Made by a program: the position numbers and the translations under genes
Shown: positions 20,531-29,157 of the stretch, piece by piece
Numbering within the stretch: position 1 is the first letter of the stretch
Layout: each line of letters begins with the position of its first letter
The notes under the pieces: generated by a model
The model's database searches: none
Told to the model about the DNA's origin: nothing
The model's input: only the letters and a program-made list of their open reading frames with translations
Assembly: GCA_040081625.1 (NCBI GenBank)
Contig: JBEBGD010000003.1
Coordinates: 59,280-123,279 of the forward strand
Reading direction: 5' to 3'
DNA length: 64,000 bases
Source: Chthoniobacteraceae bacterium
GTDB taxonomy: Bacteria; Verrucomicrobiota; Verrucomicrobiia; Chthoniobacterales; Chthoniobacteraceae

Positions 20531-20720
20531 CGTGTGAGGTGGTTTCGCTGGCGCGTGTTTCCAGCGGGTGATCCGCCCCGAGCTCATCGCCGCACGGGCT
20601 GGCGGAGCGCTGTCGGGTGTCGCCGCCGACGAGCGAATCGCCGGCTTCCTTTAGCGCGGCGAGGCTCTCGCGCAGACTTTCGATGTCTGCGAGGAGCGAT
20701 GTGCGGTTGTATGGATTCAT
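20517..20720 (-). CDS. Small hypothetical protein, 67 aa
   Basis: Short ORF with an amphipathic N-terminal helix; weak support. Confidence 0.25.
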   Translation of the reverse strand: MNPYNRTSLLADIESLRESLAALKEAGDSLVGGDTRQRSASPCGDELGADHPLETRASETTSHDATV

Positions 20721-20862
20721 GCGGTCGTAATCCAGCAGTGGCCGCGCCTGTGGTCGTCAGGTTGTTCCGGCATTCGAGCGGTGGCGACTACTGAGAACCG
20801 GGCGCGATCCGTCCCGCGGTGCGCGCCGGTGGCATCGCTCTGCAATGCTGTGGCAGGGCCGA

Positions 20863-21519
20863 TCAGGCGGTGACGAAGTTGTTGCGGATCGCATACCGCA
20901 CGAGCGCGGCGAAGCTCTCCAGCCGGAGCTTCTTCATGATGGATGCGCGATGGGTCTCCGCGGTCTTGACGCTTACGCCGAGGATGTCCGCGACTGCCTT
21001 GTTGCTCTTCCCCTCGGCGAGCAATTGCACGATCTCGCGTTCGCGAGGCGTGAGCCGGACGGCTTGCGTGTCGGTTGAGACGTTTTTCTCACCGTGGAGA
21101 AATTTTGCGAAAAGCACCTCGCCCACTTCACTCGTGAAGTAGGGCTTGTGCGCGGCCAGCGAGTGCAGCGCCGCCTCGATGTTCTCCTTGCTCTCGGTCT
21201 TCATGAGGAAACTGCGCGCGCCAGCCTCGAACATCTGGTGGATCAGCGCTTCCTCGGCGAAGCCGGTGAAGACGAGCACCTCGGTCTCGGGTGCCATCTT
21301 CTTGATCATGTGCGTGGCTTCGAGGCCGTTGAGTTCGGGCATCATCATGTCCATCACGACGATGGACGGGCGCAGTCGCCCGGCCATCTCGACGGCTTCG
21401 CGTCCTGTGCTGGCTTCGCCGCAGATTTCCCAGCCTTCCATGGCTTCGACCACGCTGCGGAGGCCGCGGCGGGTCATTTGAAAATCGTCTGCGAGTAATA
21501 CGGTAGTTGGTGTGGTCAT
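20863..21519 (-). CDS. NarL/LuxR-family response regulator
   Basis: REC domain (LLADD...VMDMMMPELNG) plus HTH (LTPREREIVQLLAEGKSNKAVADILGVSVKTAETHR). Confidence 0.95.
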   Translation of the reverse strand: MTTPTTVLLADDFQMTRRGLRSVVEAMEGWEICGEASTGREAVEMAGRLRPSIVVMDMMMPELNGLEATHMIKKMAPETEVLVFTGFAEEALIHQMFEAGARSFLMKTESKENIEAALHSLAAHKPYFTSEVGEVLFAKFLHGEKNVSTDTQAVRLTPREREIVQLLAEGKSNKAVADILGVSVKTAETHRASIMKKLRLESFAALVRYAIRNNFVTA

Positions 21520-21842
21520 GTTCGGTTGTTGGGTTGTTCCGTTCCTCTGGGATGGGCCTTCGTGAGCTTTTTAGCACCTCACGTGCCTTATAGTGGCTAG
21601 AAGCCCATCGCTTTGGGTGAGCGGGCGCATTGCGCGGCGATTCCCTCCCCGGTCACCGCACTTTCCCTGAGCGCATCTGCGGAGTCTTCCCCGACCGATT
21701 CTTCGGAGTCCCGGAGGGCCAAGTTACGGGGTCGCGCGGTGGCACGGGGGCTCAGGGGTGGCTCTACGACGGGCATCGCAATTCCGCCGGTGCCCATGGT
21801 CGGCGGAGAGCATCAAACCAACACCAACAACAACACACGACA

Positions 21843-24104
21843 ATGAAACTGATCCACCACATCACCCGCAAAAACAATCGCCCCGGCTCGCTCCTGCGCT
21901 CCGGCAAATCAACCTCCAACTTCTCCTCGCGTCTCGCCCGCATCATCGCCGGCGTCGCGCTCGGGCTCGCCTGGCCGACCTCAAACGTCTTCGCCGACCA
22001 GCCCTTCAGCCAGGACTTCCCGTCCGCGCTGAGCTTCACCGACTGCTACATGGAAAAGGTGCAGACCATCGTCTCGGGCGACTCGATCTACCACGAAGTC
22101 GCGCCCGACGCGAAGCACTGCAAGCTGCGCATCTCCGCGAAGCTCTCGACGGCAGGCATGAATCTCGCCGCCCTCGATGAAAGCACCCCGATCGAAGTGA
22201 GCGTCGGCAACTTCTCTTACTCCGGCGTCCTCGGCGACGATCCGAACTACGCGCCCGGCGCGACCAGCATCCGCATCCCCTTGATGAGCTTCGATGACGA
22301 AGGCAACGAAATCGAGAGCGGCTGCGTCGAGGCCAAGTGGGTCAAAGGCGCGCTGACGGTGGTCGCCACCGGCATGCTCTCCGCCGGCTACTCCATCGAT
22401 GCGACGAACTTCGCCGGCAGCGAGTGGACCATCGACGATCCGACCCGCGTCGCAGGCCGCGTGAAATTCGCGGACCGCGTGCTCGAGGACCGCACCATCT
22501 ACGCCAAAGGCGAAGCTGAGGTCATCACCCGCACGCTGGTTGAAGGCGACGACACGGTCACCTTGAACCTCTCCCAAGTCGAAATGGGCGGCGCCATCGA
22601 CTCGGTCCGCCCCACGCTGAAGATCTCCAACCCGGTGCATACCAAAGTCACCGTCACCAATCCGCTCTTCAACCTCGCCGGCACGGTCTCCGACAACATC
22701 GGCGTCACCACCGTCGAAGTCGCCGTCAACGGCGCGGAATCCGAAACCGCCAGCATCAGCGGCAACCAGTGGAGCATCGCCAATGTCCAGCTTCAGCCCG
22801 GCACCAACACCATCACGGTGCGAGCCATCGATGACAACGGCGTCGCCTCCTCGGTGAGCACCCGCAGCGTCCGCTGCCTCACCCCGCTCATCGTCAACGT
22901 CGTCGGCAATGGCATCGTCACCCCTGGCTTCAACGGCAGCACCCTCCGCGTGCCCGGTGAAATGGTCAGCGTCAAAGCCATCCCGCGCAGCGGCTGGCGC
23001 TTCAATGGCTGGACCGGCAGCGTCACCTCCAGCGCGCCGCTCATCCAGTTCGCCGTGCTTCCCGGCACCAGCGTGCAGGCCAACTTCATCGCCAATCCCT
23101 TCTCGGGCACCGGCGGCAGCTACTCCGGCCTCGTCGTCCCGCAGAGCGGCGGCAGCGCGGGCGGCCTCTTCAAGGCCACCGTCACCTCCGGCGGCAGCTT
23201 CTCGGGCAAGCTCACCCTCGACGGCAGCACCGAGACCGTCTCGGGCACCTTCGCCAACGATGGCTCCTTCAATGCCACCATCGCACGGGCAGGTAAATCG
23301 CCCCTGAGCGTCTCCCTCGCCGTGGACAACAGCGGATCGAGCCCCGCGCTCACCGGCCTCGTCAGCGATGGCACCACCACCTTCGCCATCGGCGCGGGCC
23401 AGGCCACCTACAGCGCCTCGAATCCCGCCCCGCAGGCAGGCCGCTACACGGTGATCTTCCCCTCCGGCGACAATAGCGCCGGCATCCCGCAAGGCGACGG
23501 ATACGCGACCCTGAACGTGAGCAAGAGCGGCGTGGCCACCTTCGCCGGCACCCTCGGCGACGGCACCGCGTTCACCTACGCCTCACCCATCGTCAAAGGC
23601 GACACCCTGCCGATCCTCGCCGCACCTGGCACCGCCCGGCTCGCCGGCAACGCCATCTTCGACGGCGACCTGAGCCTCGGCACCCTCGGCGGCACCCTCG
23701 CCTGGACCAAGTCGGCCCGCTCCGGCGACCTCACCTATCCCGGTGGATTCGCCACCGAGCTGGCACTGGTCGGTGGCCGTTACCGCGCCCCCGTCAGCGG
23801 CGAGCGCGTCCTCGCACTCAATGTGAGCCGCGGCAAAGCCGACGTCGAACTCGGCCTCGCCAGCCCGATCACCAAGCTGATCACCGTCAGCGCCTCGAAC
23901 ACCGTCACGGTGGTCGCCCCGGGCACCGATAAGCTGACCATGACGTTCGCCGCCTCCAACGGCATCTTCAGCGGCAGCTTCATCGACGCCGTCAGCGGCG
24001 CCAAGCGCACCTTCAAGGGCGCCGTGCTCCAGTCGCAGAATGCGGGCGCCGGCCACTTCCGCGCCGGCACCGCCACCGGCTACGTCGCCATCAGCGTCCC
24101 GTAA
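21843..24104 (+). CDS. Large secreted beta-rich surface protein (Ig-like domain, InlB B-repeat-like domain, Gly/Thr-rich C-terminal domain)
   Basis: Extended signal peptide; Ig-like LAGTVSDNIGV...LQPGTNTITVRAID; B-repeat-like GNGIV...AIPRSGWRFNGWTG...ANF. Confidence 0.75.
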   Translation: MKLIHHITRKNNRPGSLLRSGKSTSNFSSRLARIIAGVALGLAWPTSNVFADQPFSQDFPSALSFTDCYMEKVQTIVSGDSIYHEVAPDAKHCKLRISAKLSTAGMNLAALDESTPIEVSVGNFSYSGVLGDDPNYAPGATSIRIPLMSFDDEGNEIESGCVEAKWVKGALTVVATGMLSAGYSIDATNFAGSEWTIDDPTRVAGRVKFADRVLEDRTIYAKGEAEVITRTLVEGDDTVTLNLSQVEMGGAIDSVRPTLKISNPVHTKVTVTNPLFNLAGTVSDNIGVTTVEVAVNGAESETASISGNQWSIANVQLQPGTNTITVRAIDDNGVASSVSTRSVRCLTPLIVNVVGNGIVTPGFNGSTLRVPGEMVSVKAIPRSGWRFNGWTGSVTSSAPLIQFAVLPGTSVQANFIANPFSGTGGSYSGLVVPQSGGSAGGLFKATVTSGGSFSGKLTLDGSTETVSGTFANDGSFNATIARAGKSPLSVSLAVDNSGSSPALTGLVSDGTTTFAIGAGQATYSASNPAPQAGRYTVIFPSGDNSAGIPQGDGYATLNVSKSGVATFAGTLGDGTAFTYASPIVKGDTLPILAAPGTARLAGNAIFDGDLSLGTLGGTLAWTKSARSGDLTYPGGFATELALVGGRYRAPVSGERVLALNVSRGKADVELGLASPITKLITVSASNTVTVVAPGTDKLTMTFAASNGIFSGSFIDAVSGAKRTFKGAVLQSQNAGAGHFRAGTATGYVAISVP

Positions 24105-24147
24105 CCAACGGACCCCGCAGCGGGACTCTTCCCGCGCGACATCAACA

Positions 24148-24188
24148 GGCTCGCGGTCGTCTCACCACGGCCGCGAGCCCTTTTGTTT
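24148..24188 (+). terminator. Rho-independent terminator
   Basis: Stem GGCTCGCGGTCGT/ACGGCCGCGAGCC followed by CTTTTGTTT, between convergent genes. Confidence 0.8.
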
Positions 24189-24205
24189 GTCGCGACCACC
24201 TCCAC

Positions 24206-25756
24206 CTACTTCGCGTCGAGCACGCGGCGCAGCGTGGTGAGCAGCTCCTCGGCGCTCACGGGCTTGTCGAGGAATTCGACCGACTCGAGCGCGGCGATGT
24301 CGAGCGATTCGTCGCCCCGGCGCAGGCCGGAGAGGGCGATGATTTTGAGCCGCGGCGAAATCGCCTTCATGCGCGTGATGATTTCGCTGCCGTTATGGCC
24401 GGACATCATCAGGTCGGTGATGACCAGGTCGAGCTCCATCCGGAGCTGGCGGATGATGGCGAGGCCTTCGTCCCCGCTCGATGCGGTGCGGACCTGGTAA
24501 CCGCGGCTGCGCAGCACCAGCGCGAGCACGGTGCGCACGGCTTCGTCGTCGTCGATGAGCAGCAGCCGCTCGCCGAGGCCGGTGGGCAGCGCGCGGCGGC
24601 TCGTGGATTCCGCGCGTCGCGCGGTGTCCGCGCAGGCGGGCAGGTAGATGTGAAAGGTGGTGCCTTCGCCGACGGCGCTCTCGACATCGAGGAAGCCGTC
24701 GTGGCTGCGGACGATGCCCGCGACGGTCGAGAGGCCGAGGCCGGTGCCTTTGCCCGAGGCCTTGGTCGTGAAGAAGGGATCGAAGATGCGCTCGAGCATC
24801 TCGGGGGGCATGCCGCTGCCGGTATCGACGACGCTGATCCGCACGTGCCGGCCGGGCCGGCGATCGGTGCTGCCGGGCACGCCGACGACTTCGACATTGG
24901 CGACGCGGATTTCGAGCGAGCCGCCGAGCGGCATCGCGTCGCGGGCATTGATGCCGAGGTTGAGCACGACTTGCTTGAGCTGCGTGGCGTCGGCATCGAT
25001 CAGCCACGGTTCGCCGGCGTAGTTGAAGCGCACCTCGATCGTGCGCGGCAGCGTCTGCTGGAGCAGCTTGACCACGCCATCGATGAAACGCAGCGCCTGC
25101 ATCGGGCTGCGCTGGCCTTCGCCGCCCTGGGCAAAGGTGAGGATCTGCCGCACCAGCTCCGCTCCGTGTTCGGCGCTGCCGGAAAGCATGTCGAGCAGCT
25201 CGAGGTCGCCCGGATCGCTGAGCCGGTCGCGCAGCAGGTCGAGCGACATCACGATCGGCGAAAGCATATTGTTCAGGTCGTGCGCGATGCCGCCCGCGAG
25301 CATGCCGATGCTCTCGAGCCGCTGGGAGCGCAGGAGCTGGACCTCGAGCTTGCGCTGCGCGGCGGCCTGCTCGATGGCGAAGAGCGCCTTGCGGATCGCG
25401 GGCACGATGCGCGCGGGACGGTCCTTGAGCACGTAGTCGGTCGCGCCGGCCTTGAGCGCCTCGATGGCGCGCTCCTCGCCGATGGTGCCGGAGAAGAAGA
25501 TGAAGGGCGTCTGCGGCGCGTGCTTGCGCGCGGTCGCCAGCGCGGCGAGCGCGTCGTAGCCGGGGATGGTGTAGTCGGAGAGGATGAGGTCGATGTCCGG
25601 CTGCTGCACGGCGCTCTCGAACTGCTCCTGCGAGCCGACGTGCGTGATCCGGCACTCCGGCCATTCATCGCGGATGATCTCGGCGATCAATTCCGCATCG
25701 GGTGCCGAGTCTTCGAGGTGGATGAGATGCATATCGAGGGTAGTTCGCTGTGTCAT
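24206..25756 (-). CDS. Hybrid histidine kinase (REC-HisKA-HATPase-REC)
   Basis: N-terminal REC (HLEDS...LSDY), H-box GGIAHDLNN, NLGINARDAM, DTGSG, FDPFFTTK, GTGLGL, C-terminal REC (ITDLMM). Confidence 0.93.
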   Translation of the reverse strand: MTQRTTLDMHLIHLEDSAPDAELIAEIIRDEWPECRITHVGSQEQFESAVQQPDIDLILSDYTIPGYDALAALATARKHAPQTPFIFFSGTIGEERAIEALKAGATDYVLKDRPARIVPAIRKALFAIEQAAAQRKLEVQLLRSQRLESIGMLAGGIAHDLNNMLSPIVMSLDLLRDRLSDPGDLELLDMLSGSAEHGAELVRQILTFAQGGEGQRSPMQALRFIDGVVKLLQQTLPRTIEVRFNYAGEPWLIDADATQLKQVVLNLGINARDAMPLGGSLEIRVANVEVVGVPGSTDRRPGRHVRISVVDTGSGMPPEMLERIFDPFFTTKASGKGTGLGLSTVAGIVRSHDGFLDVESAVGEGTTFHIYLPACADTARRAESTSRRALPTGLGERLLLIDDDEAVRTVLALVLRSRGYQVRTASSGDEGLAIIRQLRMELDLVITDLMMSGHNGSEIITRMKAISPRLKIIALSGLRRGDESLDIAALESVEFLDKPVSAEELLTTLRRVLDAK

Positions 25757-27474
25757 GCGCCGGTGGCCTTGCGGACCGGCAAACTAACGAAAAATGTGGC
25801 ACCCGCGCCGACGGCGCCTTCCGCCCACACGCGACCGCCGTGGCGCTCGACGATGCGGCGGACATTCGCGAGGCCGACGCCGATGCCCTCAAACTCCGCG
25901 GCGGTGTGCAGGCGCTGGAAGACGCCGAAGAGCTTCTTAGCGTGGCTCGGATCGAAGCCGGCGCCATCGTCGCGCACGAACACGACCAGCTCATGCGCCC
26001 CGCTCTCCGCGAGGCCGATCTCGATGTGCGCGCACTCGCGGCTGCGCGTGTATTTGACCGCGTTGCCGATCAGGTTTGTGAAGACCTGCCGCAGCAGTGT
26101 CGCGTCGCCTTCGATCTCCGGCAGCGGCGCGATGTGCCACTCGATCCGCCGGCCGCTGACCTCGCCGTTGAGGCCCGCCTTCACCCCGGCGACGAGCCGG
26201 TCGAGTTGCACGCCGCTCATCGTGAGATGCGTGCGGCCCAGGCCCGAAAACGCGAGCAGCGCCTCGATCAGCGATTCCATGTTTCGCGCCGCGCCTTCGA
26301 TGGTCTTGAGGTAGTGCTGCGTCTTTTCGTCGGCCTGGTCGCCGAGGTGTTTCGCGAGCATCAGGCTGAATCCGCCGACGTGGCGCAGCGGTGCGCGCAG
26401 GTCGTGCGAGACGGTGTAGGAGAAGGCCTCGAGGTCTTCGTTGACGGCGCGAAGCCGGTCGATGGCTGCCGCGAGCGCCCGCGAGCTGCGCACTTGCTCC
26501 GTGTTGTCATAGACGGTCGAGCGGCACGACGCGTAGCGGCCGTCGGGCCCGTAGATGGCCGTGGAGTTCAGCAGGATGGGCATGACGCTGCCGTCGCGGC
26601 GCACGACTTCGAACTGGATCGCCGCGACCGATCCGTTCTCCTTGAACAAGGCGAATCGCTCGTGGTGGAGGGCGCGGCTTTCCGGCGTCATCAAGTCCGC
26701 GTGCTTCACCCGCCCGATCAATTCCTCGCGCGTGTAGCCGAGCCAGCTCAGCTCCGTGTCGTTGATCGCGGTGAAGACCCCCTCCACGTCCAGCGAGTGA
26801 TAGCCGCACGGCGCGCGATCGTAGAGATCGTGAATCTCCGCGGCGGCGGCTTCGCCGGAACGCACCAGCCGATGCACGACTCCGATCATCGCCGCCCCGA
26901 ACACCAGCCCGACTGCCAGCGCGCCCCCGCTGAATCGACCGTCGCGCCGCGCGTGCTCGAGATGCACGCGAATCTGCGCGTTCTGCGCGGCCTCCAGTTC
27001 GCCGAGCTTCGCGCGCAGGCTTTCCATGATTCTCAGTCCGCGCCCGGTCGCGATGATCTCCGCCGCGGCCTGCGCGCCCTGGGATTTCCGCACGTCGAGC
27101 ACGAGCTGAATCTCCGCAATCTTCTCAGCGACGAGCGGCGCGATCTCATCGAGCCGCCCCTCGAGCGAGGGATCGCTGATGCTCAGCATCCGCAACGCTT
27201 CAAGCTCGCGCGGGATCGCCGCCATCCCGGATTCGTAAGGCTCGAGGAAGCTCGCCTTGCCGCTGATGACAAAGCCGCGCTGCCCCGTCTCGACATCCTT
27301 GAGCTGTGAGTGCAGCGCGTCGATGCGCCGCGCGACTTCGTTTGCGTGCAGCGCCATGAGGCTCGCATTTCTAAAAGACCAGGCCGACTGCACCGACACG
27401 GCGACAACCCCAACGAGGCAGCACGCGGCTGCCAGCAGGCCGAGGTATATCCGCTTCGCTTTTGGGATCTGCAT
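25753..27474 (-). CDS. Membrane sensor histidine kinase (CHASE3-PAS-HisKA-HATPase)
   Basis: Two TM segments flanking the CHASE3 motif DVETGQRGFVISG...FLEPY; PAS (YDRAPCGYHSLD); SHDLRAPLRH; NLIGNAVKY; GIGVGLA. Confidence 0.93.
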   Translation of the reverse strand: MQIPKAKRIYLGLLAAACCLVGVVAVSVQSAWSFRNASLMALHANEVARRIDALHSQLKDVETGQRGFVISGKASFLEPYESGMAAIPRELEALRMLSISDPSLEGRLDEIAPLVAEKIAEIQLVLDVRKSQGAQAAAEIIATGRGLRIMESLRAKLGELEAAQNAQIRVHLEHARRDGRFSGGALAVGLVFGAAMIGVVHRLVRSGEAAAAEIHDLYDRAPCGYHSLDVEGVFTAINDTELSWLGYTREELIGRVKHADLMTPESRALHHERFALFKENGSVAAIQFEVVRRDGSVMPILLNSTAIYGPDGRYASCRSTVYDNTEQVRSSRALAAAIDRLRAVNEDLEAFSYTVSHDLRAPLRHVGGFSLMLAKHLGDQADEKTQHYLKTIEGAARNMESLIEALLAFSGLGRTHLTMSGVQLDRLVAGVKAGLNGEVSGRRIEWHIAPLPEIEGDATLLRQVFTNLIGNAVKYTRSRECAHIEIGLAESGAHELVVFVRDDGAGFDPSHAKKLFGVFQRLHTAAEFEGIGVGLANVRRIVERHGGRVWAEGAVGAGATFFVSLPVRKATGA

Positions 27475-27675
27475 TGCGAGGTTTCGAGCTGTCGCGTTTG
27501 GGATGGGCGCGTGCGCGAATCGTCAGCACCACGAAAATCGTGTCACGATCAATCGTATCGGGACTTGTCCGCGACGCGGGTGGGCACATCTACCGACCGG
27601 GATGGCTCGGCGATTATCGCAAAGCTCTGTTTTACCGCGCCGCCGCCGGCGTTATACACCGCCCGCACTCACCGA

Positions 27676-29157
27676 ATGTCCGAGCCTTTCAAACCCGTCC
27701 GCATCGCCTCGTTCAAGACCGCCGCCGACTTCCGCGCGCACTGCGCGACGCTCGGCATCGACCTGCCGTGCGACGATGCGATCACGACGACCGACTCGCC
27801 GCTCGCGCGTCCGGCGGACGTGACGATCAACGGCAAACGCCCCGGCAATCGCATCGTGATCCATCCGATGGAAGGCTGGGACGGCACGACCAGCGGCGGC
27901 GCGAGCGATGAGATGCGGCGGCGCTGGCAGCGCTTCGGCGAGAGCGGCGCGAAGATGATCTGCGGTGGCGAAGCGATGGCCGTGCGCCACGACGGACGCG
28001 CGAACCCGAACCAGCTCATCATCGTCGAGCAAAACAAAGCGGACCTCGCGGAGATCACCGGCATTTTGAAACGGGCGCACGCCGAACGCTGGGGCGCGAC
28101 CGACGATCTCGTGATCGGCTTCCAGCTCACGCATTCGGGCCGCTTCTGCCGGCCGAACGAAAAGAGCACCTACGAGCCGCGCGTCGCGTTCCGGCATCCG
28201 ATTCTCGATCCGAAGTTCAAGGTCACGAGCGATGCGCAGGTCTTCACCGACGACGAGATCGAGACGCTGATCGGCGACTACGTGCGCGCGGCGCGGCTCG
28301 CGTGGGAAGTGGGCGCAGACTTCGTGGACCTCAAACATTGCCACGGCTACCTGCTGCACGAATTCCTCGGCGCGCACACGCGGCCCGGAAAATACGGCGG
28401 CAGCTTCGAGAATCGCACGCGCGTGCTCCGCGAGATCGTCGCCGGCATCCGCGCGGATGAAAACCCGATCGGCCTCGGCGTGCGGCTGAGCCTCTTCGAC
28501 AAAGTCCCGCACCGCCCGGACCCCGCGCTCTCGCAACCCGGCAAGCTCGGCCCCGGCATCCCGGAGGAATTCTCCGCCTGCCTTCCCTACCGCTTCGGCT
28601 TCGGCGTGGATGAAAACGATCCGACAAAAATCGACCTGCGCGAGACGCACGAGTTCGTCGCGCTGTGCGCGCAACTCGGCATCAACGTGCTCAACACGAC
28701 CGCCGGCTCGCCCTACTACACGCCGAATCTCCAACGCCCCGCGTCCTTCCCGCCGAGCGACGGCTACCAACCCGCCTACGATCCGCTCATCGATGTCGCC
28801 GCGCAGGTGCAGGCCGTGCGCGAAGTCCGCGCGCGTGCGCCGCGCGACCTGTTCATCATCGGCTCCGGCTACACGTATTTGCAGGAATACCTGCCGCACG
28901 TCGCGCAGGCAGTGCTGCGCGAAAGCTGGGCCGACGGCATCGGCATCGGCCGGCTCGTGCTCTCGTATCCGTCGATGCTCGCCGACGCCGCGGCGGGCCG
29001 CCCGCTCGAGAAGAAGCTCATCTGCCGCACGTTCAGCGAATGCACGACCGCACCGCGCAATGGGCTGATCAGCGGCTGCTATCCGCTCGACAAGTATTAC
29101 ACGCAGCGGCCCGAGTTCGAGCAACTCAAGGCGCTGAAGAAGAACGTCGGCTCGTGA
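27676..29157 (+). CDS. NADH:flavin oxidoreductase (Old Yellow Enzyme family)
   Basis: NRIVIHPMEG, FQLTHSGR, KHCHGYLLHEFL and YGGSFENRTR motifs; start at ATG 27676. Confidence 0.88.
   Translation: MSEPFKPVRIASFKTAADFRAHCATLGIDLPCDDAITTTDSPLARPADVTINGKRPGNRIVIHPMEGWDGTTSGGASDEMRRRWQRFGESGAKMICGGEAMAVRHDGRANPNQLIIVEQNKADLAEITGILKRAHAERWGATDDLVIGFQLTHSGRFCRPNEKSTYEPRVAFRHPILDPKFKVTSDAQVFTDDEIETLIGDYVRAARLAWEVGADFVDLKHCHGYLLHEFLGAHTRPGKYGGSFENRTRVLREIVAGIRADENPIGLGVRLSLFDKVPHRPDPALSQPGKLGPGIPEEFSACLPYRFGFGVDENDPTKIDLRETHEFVALCAQLGINVLNTTAGSPYYTPNLQRPASFPPSDGYQPAYDPLIDVAAQVQAVREVRARAPRDLFIIGSGYTYLQEYLPHVAQAVLRESWADGIGIGRLVLSYPSMLADAAAGRPLEKKLICRTFSECTTAPRNGLISGCYPLDKYYTQRPEFEQLKALKKNVGS

Noticed and set aside
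20250..20860. M-box (ykoK) riboswitch upstream of mgtE
   Set aside because: No recognisable conserved sequence or terminator; an Rfam scan would be needed.
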